Origin: Verrucomicrobiota bacterium
GTDB taxonomy: Bacteria; Verrucomicrobiota; Verrucomicrobiia; Verrucomicrobiales; V1-33
DNA: 64,000 nt
Assembly (NCBI GenBank): GCA_040386695.1
Contig: JAZKFB010000001.1
Location: forward strand, 8,236-72,235
Direction: 5' to 3'
Within the stretch, counting starts at the first letter, position 1. Every line of letters starts with the position of its first letter. Below are positions 8,690 through 17,078 of this stretch, piece by piece. The notes under the pieces were generated by a model. That model was not told the origin of the DNA. It did no database searches and saw only the letters and a program-made list of their open reading frames with translations. The translations under genes and the position numbers were made by a program.

Positions 8690-11600
8690 GAGGAGTGGAC
8701 GCGGAGGGATGGGGGTTTGGCGCGGAGCCGCAGTTTGGCGGCCGCCCAGCGCAGGGCGGTGGAAAGGCGTTTTTGGGGTGAGCGGAGGGCGCGGCTGCGG
8801 ATTCGGGAGGGGGTGGGCGATGGAGAGGGCAGGGGAGGGGGAAGTTTTTGCGCCCGCTCCTCTACGGGTTTCCAGACAGTGGGGGCGGCCTTTTCGGCGA
8901 GTTCGAGGGCGGACAGCTTGGCCCGCTCGCGGGCGGCGGTTTCGCGGAACAGGCCGATGCTTTCGACGAGGACCTCCAGCCGGTCGACGTGGCGGGTGAA
9001 ACCGACATGGACGTCGCGGCGGCTGCCCATGGCGGTGAGGGAGCGGTTGTCCTCGATCCACAGGACGTGCTTTCCCTTGGCTCCCTGGGCTTTGTCCACG
9101 GTGAGGACATCGCCCTGGGCGAGGCGGCCGTCGGTGGCGGCGAGTTTCAGGCCGGAGTCGAAGGTGAGCCGGTTTCCGGTGATGCCGGTGAGGCGGTGGC
9201 GGGAGTTGCGCTCGTGGGTTTTCCCGGCAACTTTAATTTTTTCGGTGAGGACCAGGAAGGCTCCAGGGGAGCGCTCAATGGAGGTTTTCTCAAAAATTTC
9301 GGTGACGCGGTCCAGGCTGAGGCGGGCGGTGAGGGTGCCGGTTTGGATTCTGACGGTGCCGTTGGTGACGGAGACCACGCGGGAAAGGCGGGTGCGGCCC
9401 TGATGTTCAAAAGCGACGGTCTGGCCCGCGTGGTACGACTGGGAGGAGCGCATCTCCGGCGGCGTGAGGCCGAGGGGTTTGAGAGTGTCGATAATCGCGG
9501 TCGGCAGACCGGGACTGGCCTCCATGCGCTGGCGGTGGATTTCCTGGGAAATCGCCGAGCAGAGGCGGTGGACGGAGGAAAAGAGCAGGAGGTCCTGACC
9601 AGCGGCCCTAGCTTCCAGCGCTTTGCGGGCGGCCATGCCGATGGCTTCCATCGGTTCGGCCTGTTTCAGATCGCCGCGCTGCTCAAAGCGGTCGAGGGCG
9701 GTCTGGAACCGGGCGGGATCGCCGGAGGACAGATCGGCGGCAAGCTGTTTGTCCTCGCCGCCGCGCTGGCGGCGGCTGATGGCCGCGCGCTCCACTTTCA
9801 TGCCAAGGCCGAGGCGCTCCTGAAGCGCCACGAGCGGGGAGCCGCGCCCGACGGCCAATTTCTGTTCGGTGTCGCCCTGGAAAATGAGACGGGCTCCGGT
9901 TTCGCGGGCGAGCCGCGCGAGGGCGGCGGCGGTGGGCGTGTCGAGAAGCCCGGCCTCGTCGACAAAGATGTCGGCTTTCGCCAGGGAGGCCCTGAATTCC
10001 GGATTGCTGCGGACGCGCTGAAGCAGATGAGCCACCGTGTTGGCTTCCGCAAACGCCGCCGCGACCGCCGTCCTGCCGTCCGCCGTGAGGCGCGGAGCCT
10101 CGGCGCGCATGGTGACGCGGGACTGCTCGCCGTAGGGAGCCGTCAGAATGACCGGCCGCCCGGCGGCGAGGGAGTCGCTGACGAGCATCTCCATGCAGAA
10201 GGTTTTGCCCACGCCCGCCCCGCCCCGGATGTTGAGGAACTGGTCCGGCGAGGTGGAAACGTAGCGGTGAATGCCCCCGAACTGCCGCAGCCATGTCTCC
10301 GCCTGCGCCTGGCTGAGGGTTTCACCCTTTCGGGCCGCCGCCGCGAGGATTTCCAAAATCCGCTCCGGGGTGGCGGTCAGGGCAGCGGGAGGGCGGTAGG
10401 ACTGCGGGGAAACGGCGGGAGTCCGCGCCCCGAATCCGGCCTGAACGTCGGCGAGGAGCCGCAGCTCCTGGTTGACGAGCGCCCGGGTGGTGACGAGATC
10501 GGCGCCGCTTTCGCGCCCCGCGATGCCCATGCGGCCGATGACCAGCCGGGGATCGGACCGCAGCAGAGCCGCGAATTCCTGATTGGTGACCGCGCCCGGC
10601 GCGAGGCGGGCGGCGCTGCCGATCAGCTCATCCAGCCGGATGACGGCCTCATGATCAAAGGCGGCGGCCAAGGCCTGATTGAGGACGACGGGAAGATCCA
10701 CCGAAGGCCGCGCGGGTGCGGCACCCGGCGCCGGAACCGCGACATTCAGCCCGGCCTTCTGAAGCCGGGCTCCGGTGTTGGCGGTGAGGGTGGCGGCGGA
10801 GATTTCCGTTTTCGGCGGGCGGGTCAGCAAAACAGCCGTCTCCTCTGCCGGCAGATCCGCCATGGGCCGGGCATCGGCCGGGCCCAGCAGCTTTTTCATC
10901 TCCGCGTAGCTCTCCAGGAGGTGCGGTTTGCCGCGCTCCCGGAGCCCGTCCATCACCGTGCCCAGCGCCTTCGCGCTGTGTCCCTCCCGCAGCAGCTGCC
11001 GGGCGGCCGCGACCTGCCGATGGCGGATGCTGAACAGCTCGACGGCCTCCACAGGCACCTCGCGCAGACCAAAGCCATTTTGGGCGACCTCGACATTGTA
11101 ACCGAGGGAGGCGGCGCGGGCGGCAAGATTGTTGTGGATGCGGGCGTCCAGGGTTTTGCGCAGTTCCAGCATGTCCCCGTAATGCAGAGCCAGCAGTTCC
11201 TGCCGCTCACTGTCCCAGGTCATGTTGCCGATGAGGCCATGGACATGGAAGTTGGGATCATTGGTCCGGCTGGTCTCATGCTGGAAGAGCGCCGCCATGA
11301 AGTTCCCCGTGGGCCGCGTCACGTCGGCATTGGCCAGATTGCCGCGGCGGTCCCGGACAGCGGCGGCGGATTCGAACCACCTCAGCTCCTCCGTCACCGC
11401 CTCCATGATGCAGGTTTTGAGGCGGTCATCCAGAGCGGCGGCCACCGACACCGGTTTCGGGGCCGTGTAGGTGAATTCCGTGTAAAGCAGTTCGCTGCTA
11501 CGCGCGCGTTTCAGACGGGCCGGGTCAATCTGATGACCGCCCGATGTTCCGGCCTCCCTCAGGTCCCCGCCCAGCCAGGATTCGAAATCCTTTTGGGAAA

Positions 11601-11757
11601 CCGCCGCCCCATCCAAGCCCACCATCGCCGCCAGACTGCCCACCCAGACGCCCTGCTTCGGATCCCCCGCCGCGATGAAATAATCCGCCGTGGCCAGATG
11701 AGTTTTGAAGTAGGCCAGCGCCCCGGCCTTGTTGGTGCAGGTGGTTTTGGAGACCAT
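8686..11757 (-). CDS. traI: MobF-family conjugative relaxase/helicase (TraI/TrwC-like)
   Basis: The N-terminal relaxase domain carries the histidine triad HETSRTNDPNFHVHGLI. A central P-loop, RGGAGVGKTF (AAA_30-type helicase), is followed by DEAGLLD. About 1020 aa. MVSKTT (11757) is preferred as the start over 11796. Confidence 0.9.
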   Translation of the reverse strand: MVSKTTCTNKAGALAYFKTHLATADYFIAAGDPKQGVWVGSLAAMVGLDGAAVSQKDFESWLGGDLREAGTSGGHQIDPARLKRARSSELLYTEFTYTAPKPVSVAAALDDRLKTCIMEAVTEELRWFESAAAVRDRRGNLANADVTRPTGNFMAALFQHETSRTNDPNFHVHGLIGNMTWDSERQELLALHYGDMLELRKTLDARIHNNLAARAASLGYNVEVAQNGFGLREVPVEAVELFSIRHRQVAAARQLLREGHSAKALGTVMDGLRERGKPHLLESYAEMKKLLGPADARPMADLPAEETAVLLTRPPKTEISAATLTANTGARLQKAGLNVAVPAPGAAPARPSVDLPVVLNQALAAAFDHEAVIRLDELIGSAARLAPGAVTNQEFAALLRSDPRLVIGRMGIAGRESGADLVTTRALVNQELRLLADVQAGFGARTPAVSPQSYRPPAALTATPERILEILAAAARKGETLSQAQAETWLRQFGGIHRYVSTSPDQFLNIRGGAGVGKTFCMEMLVSDSLAAGRPVILTAPYGEQSRVTMRAEAPRLTADGRTAVAAAFAEANTVAHLLQRVRSNPEFRASLAKADIFVDEAGLLDTPTAAALARLARETGARLIFQGDTEQKLAVGRGSPLVALQERLGLGMKVERAAISRRQRGGEDKQLAADLSSGDPARFQTALDRFEQRGDLKQAEPMEAIGMAARKALEARAAGQDLLLFSSVHRLCSAISQEIHRQRMEASPGLPTAIIDTLKPLGLTPPEMRSSQSYHAGQTVAFEHQGRTRLSRVVSVTNGTVRIQTGTLTARLSLDRVTEIFEKTSIERSPGAFLVLTEKIKVAGKTHERNSRHRLTGITGNRLTFDSGLKLAATDGRLAQGDVLTVDKAQGAKGKHVLWIEDNRSLTAMGSRRDVHVGFTRHVDRLEVLVESIGLFRETAARERAKLSALELAEKAAPTVWKPVEERAQKLPPPLPSPSPTPSRIRSRALRSPQKRLSTALRWAAAKLRLRAKPPSLRVHSS

Positions 11758-11960
11758 GAAGTCCCTGACCGTCAACGGGTTCCGGCAAAACCGCAAGTCC
11801 GGCCGCTGAAAAATAATTGATCACACATGTCCCTAAGACTGAAGTCTTGGTTCGTGTATTGGGAACAAGCGGAAACAAAATGTTCCACAAAATGCCGCAA
11901 TGGCACGGATTTCACACAGCAGGGTTGAAATTGCGGAAAATCCCGGAATAATACGGCATC
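11758..11960. promoter_or_regulatory. Divergent intergenic region; candidate oriT/promoter region
   Basis: 203 bp of relatively AT-rich sequence between the relaxase (-) and a small HTH gene (+). It holds short inverted repeats: AAGACT-GA-AGTCTT near 11836 and CCGCAAT/ATTGCGG near 11895/11928. No nic consensus was recognised. Confidence 0.3.
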
Positions 11961-12371
11961 ATGCGGAAACAAAACTCCGACTCAAAATCACCTCCGCCCT
12001 CCGGCGGGCGGCGCAATCATTCCCGCTTCGCGCCCCTGTATGAGGAAATCTGCCGACTCCGCGCGAAAAGGCTCACCTGGCAGGAAATCGCGGAGAAACT
12101 CAGCCTTCGTGAGGGAGTGAAACTGAACCGCACCGCTCTGTGGAAAATGTGGGACAACCGCCAGCGCGGCGCGGTGCGGGAGGAGTTCATGCCGCCGGAG
12201 CCGCAGGTTTCCCCCCTCCCGGCCCCCCGCCGGGGCCTGTCCTCAGGAGGACCCGATTCGGCCCAAAATCCTGAAGTCGCGGACGAATCCCTGGGCATCA
12301 CTCCGGAGCAGCCCGAAAAGGTCATCCTCAAAGTGCGGTCCCGGAAATCCGGAGTTCCTCCGCTTCTTTGA
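11961..12371 (+). CDS. Small HTH-like protein (possible relaxosome accessory protein or regulator)
   Basis: 136 aa. LTWQEIAEKLSLREGVKLNRTALWKMW resembles an HTH. It is divergent from the relaxase, and its 3' end overlaps the convergent T4CP gene by 44 nt. Confidence 0.4.
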   Translation: MRKQNSDSKSPPPSGGRRNHSRFAPLYEEICRLRAKRLTWQEIAEKLSLREGVKLNRTALWKMWDNRQRGAVREEFMPPEPQVSPLPAPRRGLSSGGPDSAQNPEVADESLGITPEQPEKVILKVRSRKSGVPPLL

Positions 12372-13833
12372 CACTCCTCTCCGCCGAAGGCCGGGCGGGC
12401 ACCGGCGGCATTGCGCCCCGGAGAGGGTCGCAGACCGGCAGACACAGTTTGCGGCGCAACCGCTTATTGGCGTGGTAAAGATGGCAGCGGTGATTCGGCA
12501 GCCCGGTGATGTCCTGGGCTTTGAGAATATGCTCCTCGTGCGGAGTGCGCGAGATCGAGCTTTTGCCGCCGTTGAAACCGCGGGTCACTTTCTGAATCTC
12601 CCGTTTTCCGATGAAGTTGGCGGAGATTTCCGCGCTCTCAAAAGTCGGGGCCGAAAAAATCAGCCGGTTGCGCAGCTGGGCGAGAGTGACAATGGCGGTG
12701 TCCTTTCCCAGCGTGGGGTAACAGGAGGTGTGGTCCTGCATGGCGATCACGACGGCGCAGCGCGCGGCCCGCAGACGGTCCAGAAAGCGGTAATCCCCCC
12801 ACGCTCCGGAGCGCAGGCTGTGCTGGGCCTCATCCAGCCACAGGCACAGGACATTGGCCGCCGCCACATTCTCCCGGTCATAGCGCAGGAGGGCGAACTG
12901 ATAGAACAGATGCTTCAGCAGCGCGTTCAGAGCGTAGCGCTCCTGCGGAAAACGCTGGGGCAGGGAAAGGCAGAGAATTTTGCCGTCATCCAGATCCTGG
13001 AAGGCGAAGTCATTCGGCGCTTCGCCCGCGAAAACCGTCGCCACCTCCGGCGTCTGGAAGGGACGCAGCACATTGAGCAAAGTCCCCGTGACTCCCCCGA
13101 ACTGGTCCCCGGGCATGGCCAGAAATTTGTTCTGAAAATGGGAATGCAGGGCAGGGGCCTCCGGGTGCTTGCTCTGAAGGAGCTTTTGAACCATCGCGGC
13201 CGTCGCCGCCGCATCCGTAAGGACTGGATAAATACTTTGCAGGGTGACCGGCTCCTCAAGAACCCGCAGCGCGTGCATGGCCTGCGCGCTGTGGAGAGCG
13301 GCCTGTTCCCTGAAAAACTTTCCGTGCTGGGACTTATCGCCGCCGGAGGCGATTTCGGCGATGGCGAAGCCGAGGGTTTCGAAAGTGAAGGCCGGGTCCG
13401 CCAGCACATTGTAGCGCTTTCCGCCCTCGCCGGTCCGCAGAACGGTCACATCCTCCTCCCGGCCCGCCGCCGCCATGATGCCCCGAAGCTCCCTTTCGGA
13501 ATTGCCTTTGTTGTCGAGCCAGAGGCCTCCCCAGTCCGGCTGATGCTGATTCAGATTGTGAACCAGAAAATTGAGGGCGTTGGTTTTGCCGCTGCCAATG
13601 CCGCCGGTGACCAGCCAGTTCTGACAACCCTCCTCGACCGTCCAGCGCTCTCCGCAAAACTCCCACATGAGACTCCCTTTCTGAGCCGGGGGACGATAGC
13701 GCAAAGCGCATCCCAGCCCGCCCAGCAGCGCGCAGCCCGCCGCGCCGTAAAAATTCCACGGCTCCGGCAGCCGCTGCCACACCATCCAGCCGCCCACTCC
13801 GGCAATGGTCAGAGACAATGCGGGCACGCTCAT
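12328..13833 (-). CDS. traG: Type IV coupling protein (TraG/VirD4-like)
   Basis: 501 aa with N-terminal TM segments. Walker A is TGGIGSGKTN and Walker B-like is LCLWLDEAQ. A 4-nt overlap links it to the upstream gene. Confidence 0.8.
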   Translation of the reverse strand: MSVPALSLTIAGVGGWMVWQRLPEPWNFYGAAGCALLGGLGCALRYRPPAQKGSLMWEFCGERWTVEEGCQNWLVTGGIGSGKTNALNFLVHNLNQHQPDWGGLWLDNKGNSERELRGIMAAAGREEDVTVLRTGEGGKRYNVLADPAFTFETLGFAIAEIASGGDKSQHGKFFREQAALHSAQAMHALRVLEEPVTLQSIYPVLTDAAATAAMVQKLLQSKHPEAPALHSHFQNKFLAMPGDQFGGVTGTLLNVLRPFQTPEVATVFAGEAPNDFAFQDLDDGKILCLSLPQRFPQERYALNALLKHLFYQFALLRYDRENVAAANVLCLWLDEAQHSLRSGAWGDYRFLDRLRAARCAVVIAMQDHTSCYPTLGKDTAIVTLAQLRNRLIFSAPTFESAEISANFIGKREIQKVTRGFNGGKSSISRTPHEEHILKAQDITGLPNHRCHLYHANKRLRRKLCLPVCDPLRGAMPPVPARPSAERSVKEAEELRISGTAL

Positions 13834-14432
13834 CGCGGATCATGGACGGATGGCTCCAGCAGCACGATGGCCTGACCGGCGGCATTCAAAAATGCTTCGC
13901 GCGGGTGACTGGTTCCGCCATCGACAGCCAGGGTGAGCACCGTTTTCCCGGCCTCATCGCGGGCGGCGTAAAAGCGGAGTTCGCCGCCGGTGGCGCGCAG
14001 CGTCTCCACCAGCTCCGCCGTTTGGGCATACTGGGTGGCCAGGGAGACGGCCCTGGTTTCAAAGCGGGACTTGAAAAACACAAAGCTGCCGCAGGCTCCC
14101 GCTCCGGCGACAATGAGACCCACGGCCAGTCCCACCGGAGTCGGCCTGGTTCTCCTGCTTTTCACTGTCCACGCTGCTTCGGTCCGTGGAACCGGTCCCC
14201 GCTGCGGAACGGCCGCGGCGCTCCGAATACAGTCCGCGCAGTCCTTGATGAGCGCCGCGCTTTGAGCCACGGAACGTGCCGTGCCATTGGCCACCAGAGC
14301 GAAGACCACAGGGAAACTCATCTCGTCCCCCTGGCTGAGGCTGTCGAAGGCTTTGGCAATGCGCTCGCGCTCCTGCGGATCAGTCACTCCGGCCAGGATG
14401 GCGTTCAGCGCAGGGTTGGACTCCACGCTCAA
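13830..14432 (-). CDS. Hypothetical single-pass membrane protein in the DNA-transfer operon
   Basis: 200 aa with one hydrophobic segment (VGLAVGLIVAGAGACGSFVFF). It has 4-nt overlaps with both neighbours. Confidence 0.5.
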   Translation of the reverse strand: MSVESNPALNAILAGVTDPQERERIAKAFDSLSQGDEMSFPVVFALVANGTARSVAQSAALIKDCADCIRSAAAVPQRGPVPRTEAAWTVKSRRTRPTPVGLAVGLIVAGAGACGSFVFFKSRFETRAVSLATQYAQTAELVETLRATGGELRFYAARDEAGKTVLTLAVDGGTSHPREAFLNAAGQAIVLLEPSVHDPR

Positions 14433-15262
14433 AGGTCGTAAGGGTTGACAGCCACTGTCAGCGTGGGTTTTGGCATCCGGAGAACACGATGCTGAATGAG
14501 AGCCGGGTCCGGCAAAAGAAGGCTGGCGTGATCCTCGAATTGTGAAAACACCGCGTTGAGCCAGGCCCGCAGCTCGTGCCTGCTGGCGCTGTTGAGCAGG
14601 GGCAGAGCCTCCTCAAACGTAAGCGCCCGGCGCGCGGTTTTCCCCGCCGCATCCAGATGCCCCATGGTGTAGGCGGTGACCGCGCCCAGATGGACATGGC
14701 CCGCGCCGGGTATCAGTTCTGGAATTTTACTGCCGGTGAAAACCCCGGATTTGAAACGTGCGGGATTGGTGACAATGAGATAATCAGCCTCGTTCCCAAG
14801 TTCGGTTATGATCCTGTGAGCTGAAAGCATTCCCGCCCGTTCGTCGGAGGCGAAAATGGGCACTGTCAGGCGCACGCCACGTTCCGCCAGGGTTTGCAGA
14901 GCGCCAAATTCCCGGATGGCCGTGAGAATCATATCCGTGGCCTGGGCGGGAAAATCCACGATTTCCAAAGGAGCCTGTCCGACAGCATCGAGCATGGGCA
15001 GCAGGTCCTCCTTCTGACGGAAGGGCAGGGCCACAATCTCATCACCATACCACCCGGAAAGCGTGCGGTGCTCCCCGTCGGCATCAATCGCGGCGGAGGC
15101 GACTCCCGCATAATCGGCCCACGAAAGGAGCGCCTGGGCGAGGGTGCTTTTGCCGATGCGGCCCAGACTTTGAAGCGGCGCGATCAGTCGGGTTCTGACA
15201 GGCGGCGGATCAGGCGGCATGGGAGGAATCGGAGTGGGGGAGGGGGATTTTTTGATGCTCAT
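14429..15262 (-). CDS. ParA/MinD-like P-loop protein (TraL-like position)
   Basis: Degenerate P-loop LQSLGRIGKSTLAQALL. It sits first in the operon with the T4CP. The start is ambiguous (15313, 15262 or 15220); the longer forms overlap the LysR 3' end. Confidence 0.55.
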   Translation of the reverse strand: MSIKKSPSPTPIPPMPPDPPPVRTRLIAPLQSLGRIGKSTLAQALLSWADYAGVASAAIDADGEHRTLSGWYGDEIVALPFRQKEDLLPMLDAVGQAPLEIVDFPAQATDMILTAIREFGALQTLAERGVRLTVPIFASDERAGMLSAHRIITELGNEADYLIVTNPARFKSGVFTGSKIPELIPGAGHVHLGAVTAYTMGHLDAAGKTARRALTFEEALPLLNSASRHELRAWLNAVFSQFEDHASLLLPDPALIQHRVLRMPKPTLTVAVNPYDL

Positions 15263-16187
15263 TAAGGGCGGATGGGGGGCTGGGCCGGGTCGAAAAACCG
15301 AAGGACCGGGCAACTTTCAGGAACTCCTGCCGGAATCCCCGGAGGAATTCCCGGACAGCGGGGCGGCGCTCCCCGCGTCTTACCGCCGCGCAGCAGGGGA
15401 CCTGCCAGGACAGCGGATGGAAGTCCGCTCCGGCATGGGGAATTTTGTTGGCGGTGGCTGGAAGCAGCCCGACCCGGTGGGAAGATCCCACCATGATCAG
15501 GAGAGCGCTTTTGCCCGCAGCGGTGGCCGTGAAATTGGGTTCAAAACCCGCCTTACCGCAGGCGGCGGTCATGCAGGCCGTCTGTCCGGGCCAAACCTCA
15601 TCACACAGCCTGACAAATTCCTCCTTCCGCAAATCCTTCAGATCAAAGTTGGTTCCCGCCAATGGATGGGTGCTGGAAACCACGGCGCACAGAGGAATGG
15701 AGCCCAGGTCGAAGAGATCCACATCACGGGAAAGCTCCGGCCAGGGATGACCCACGATGGCCACATCCAGCTCCTCCCTCACCAGAGCGGAAGCCTGATC
15801 CCGCAGACTCATCTCGTGGAGCCGCACCCGCACGGTTTTGTTTCTCCGCCGGAACCGCGCCAGCGCGCCCGTCAGGGACAGATGGAGCAGGCCGGGAAGA
15901 AATCCGATGTTGAGCACCGTCCGCTGTGGCTCCCCTGCGCGACGTATTTCCGACTTCAGCCGTTCCGTGTCCTTCACCAGTTTGTCGGCTTTCGGCAGCA
16001 ATTCCCGCCCTGCCGCCGTCAGGCTCAGGGGAGGCGTGCGGTCAAAGAGCGTCACCTCCAGATCACGTTCCAGCCGCTGGATATGCCGGGTCAGAGCGGC
16101 TCCCGACATATGCAGCCGGGTGGCGGCGCGTGAAAAGTTAAGAGTGTCGGCCAAGGCCAGAAATTCGGTGAGGGACTGAAACTCCAT
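15210..16187 (-). CDS. LysR-family transcriptional regulator
   Basis: MEFQSLTEFLALADTLNFSRAATRLHMSGAALTRHIQRLERDLEVTLFDR is a canonical LysR HTH. The remaining ~300 aa have a substrate-binding-type C-terminal domain. Confidence 0.85.
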   Translation of the reverse strand: MEFQSLTEFLALADTLNFSRAATRLHMSGAALTRHIQRLERDLEVTLFDRTPPLSLTAAGRELLPKADKLVKDTERLKSEIRRAGEPQRTVLNIGFLPGLLHLSLTGALARFRRRNKTVRVRLHEMSLRDQASALVREELDVAIVGHPWPELSRDVDLFDLGSIPLCAVVSSTHPLAGTNFDLKDLRKEEFVRLCDEVWPGQTACMTAACGKAGFEPNFTATAAGKSALLIMVGSSHRVGLLPATANKIPHAGADFHPLSWQVPCCAAVRRGERRPAVREFLRGFRQEFLKVARSFGFSTRPSPPSALNEHQKIPLPHSDSSHAA

Positions 16188-16393
16188 AAGGGTGATAATG
16201 AAAACGGCCGACAGGAATTGAAGCATGCGCTGCCGGGATCGTATTTGTCCCACAAGCTGTAAAAACGTTCAATTGCGAATTCCGCAACGCGCCTTGCACA
16301 AAGAGCAATGGGCGGAAGCTCGGACGAGGATTAGTTGATATCCAGTCACTTACGGGATTTTTCACCACCCGGCAGCGTTCAAATAACTATTCC

Positions 16394-16675
16394 ATGTCAA
16401 ACCTCATTTTTTCCCCTTTTCTGGCCCAGGCGGCAGCCAACGGATTTGTGAGCGGACTGTCCAAAGCACTGGGTCTGATCATGCTGATCGGTTTTGTGTA
16501 CGGGGTCATCAAAATCATCGGCGGAGCCGCCAACTACAACCGTGACCCGGACGGGGCCAAGCAGAGCATCGTGGCCGGTCTGCTCATCGCCGGGTCAGTG
16601 GCTATCATGTTCGCGCTCTTCGCCGCATTCGGCGTCGACGTGGCGGGACTGACTCCGGACACCTCGGGATTCTGA
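16394..16675 (+). CDS. TrbC/VirB2-like pilin
   Basis: 93 aa with two hydrophobic helices separated by a short polar loop. It is the first gene of the T4SS operon. Confidence 0.6.
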   Translation: MSNLIFSPFLAQAAANGFVSGLSKALGLIMLIGFVYGVIKIIGGAANYNRDPDGAKQSIVAGLLIAGSVAIMFALFAAFGVDVAGLTPDTSGF

Positions 16676-16709
16676 CAGGCAACCGCCGAATCCTCCTTCC
16701 GCCGCCATC

Positions 16710-17075
16710 ATGTCAGGAAGAAAAGACCCCGTGCTGACCGTCGTCGAGACGAACAGCGCCGACGATTCCAAGGGCATCGCCTTCGGGCTTTCGGGAAATT
16801 TGTTCCTGCCGGTGGCCGCCTCCGCCGTCGTTTCGCTGGGCCTGGTTACCATCCTCCTGTGGAAACACGCCACGTCCGTCCCCGTGGCGATTTTTGCGGG
16901 AAGCGTCCCTCTCCTGGCCACTCTGGCCATTGTGATCGGTTTTTTCCAGAACAGGCCACCGCATTACGCGGCCGACCTTCTGGAAAGCCTGACCACGGAC
17001 GAATCCTTCGTCCGTCACCCCTTCGCCCAGCCTCCTCACCCGGCGAAACGGAGCATCCTCAAAACCCAAAACTGA
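16710..17075 (+). CDS. TrbD/VirB3-like membrane protein
   Basis: 121 aa with two TM segments, immediately upstream of VirB4 (4-nt gap). The assignment is positional. Confidence 0.55.
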   Translation: MSGRKDPVLTVVETNSADDSKGIAFGLSGNLFLPVAASAVVSLGLVTILLWKHATSVPVAIFAGSVPLLATLAIVIGFFQNRPPHYAADLLESLTTDESFVRHPFAQPPHPAKRSILKTQN

Positions 17076-17078
17076 ATC

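Noticed and set aside
11365-11390. GGATTCGAACC, a tRNA T-arm-like string (also GGATTCGAATC near 36195).
   Set aside because: It lies inside the relaxase CDS or a gene leader. No acceptor or anticodon stems could be folded around it, so the match is attributed to chance.
8848-11820. A 990-aa ORF on the plus strand, exactly antisense to the relaxase gene.
   Set aside because: The translation is Gly/Arg/Ala/Pro-rich with no motif, whereas the minus strand encodes a textbook MobF relaxase/helicase. Long stop-free antisense frames are expected in GC3-rich genes. The same reasoning applies to 12472-13875, 26384-27886, 28225-29259, 15219-16133, 49510-50604, 51247-52362 and 57456-58328.
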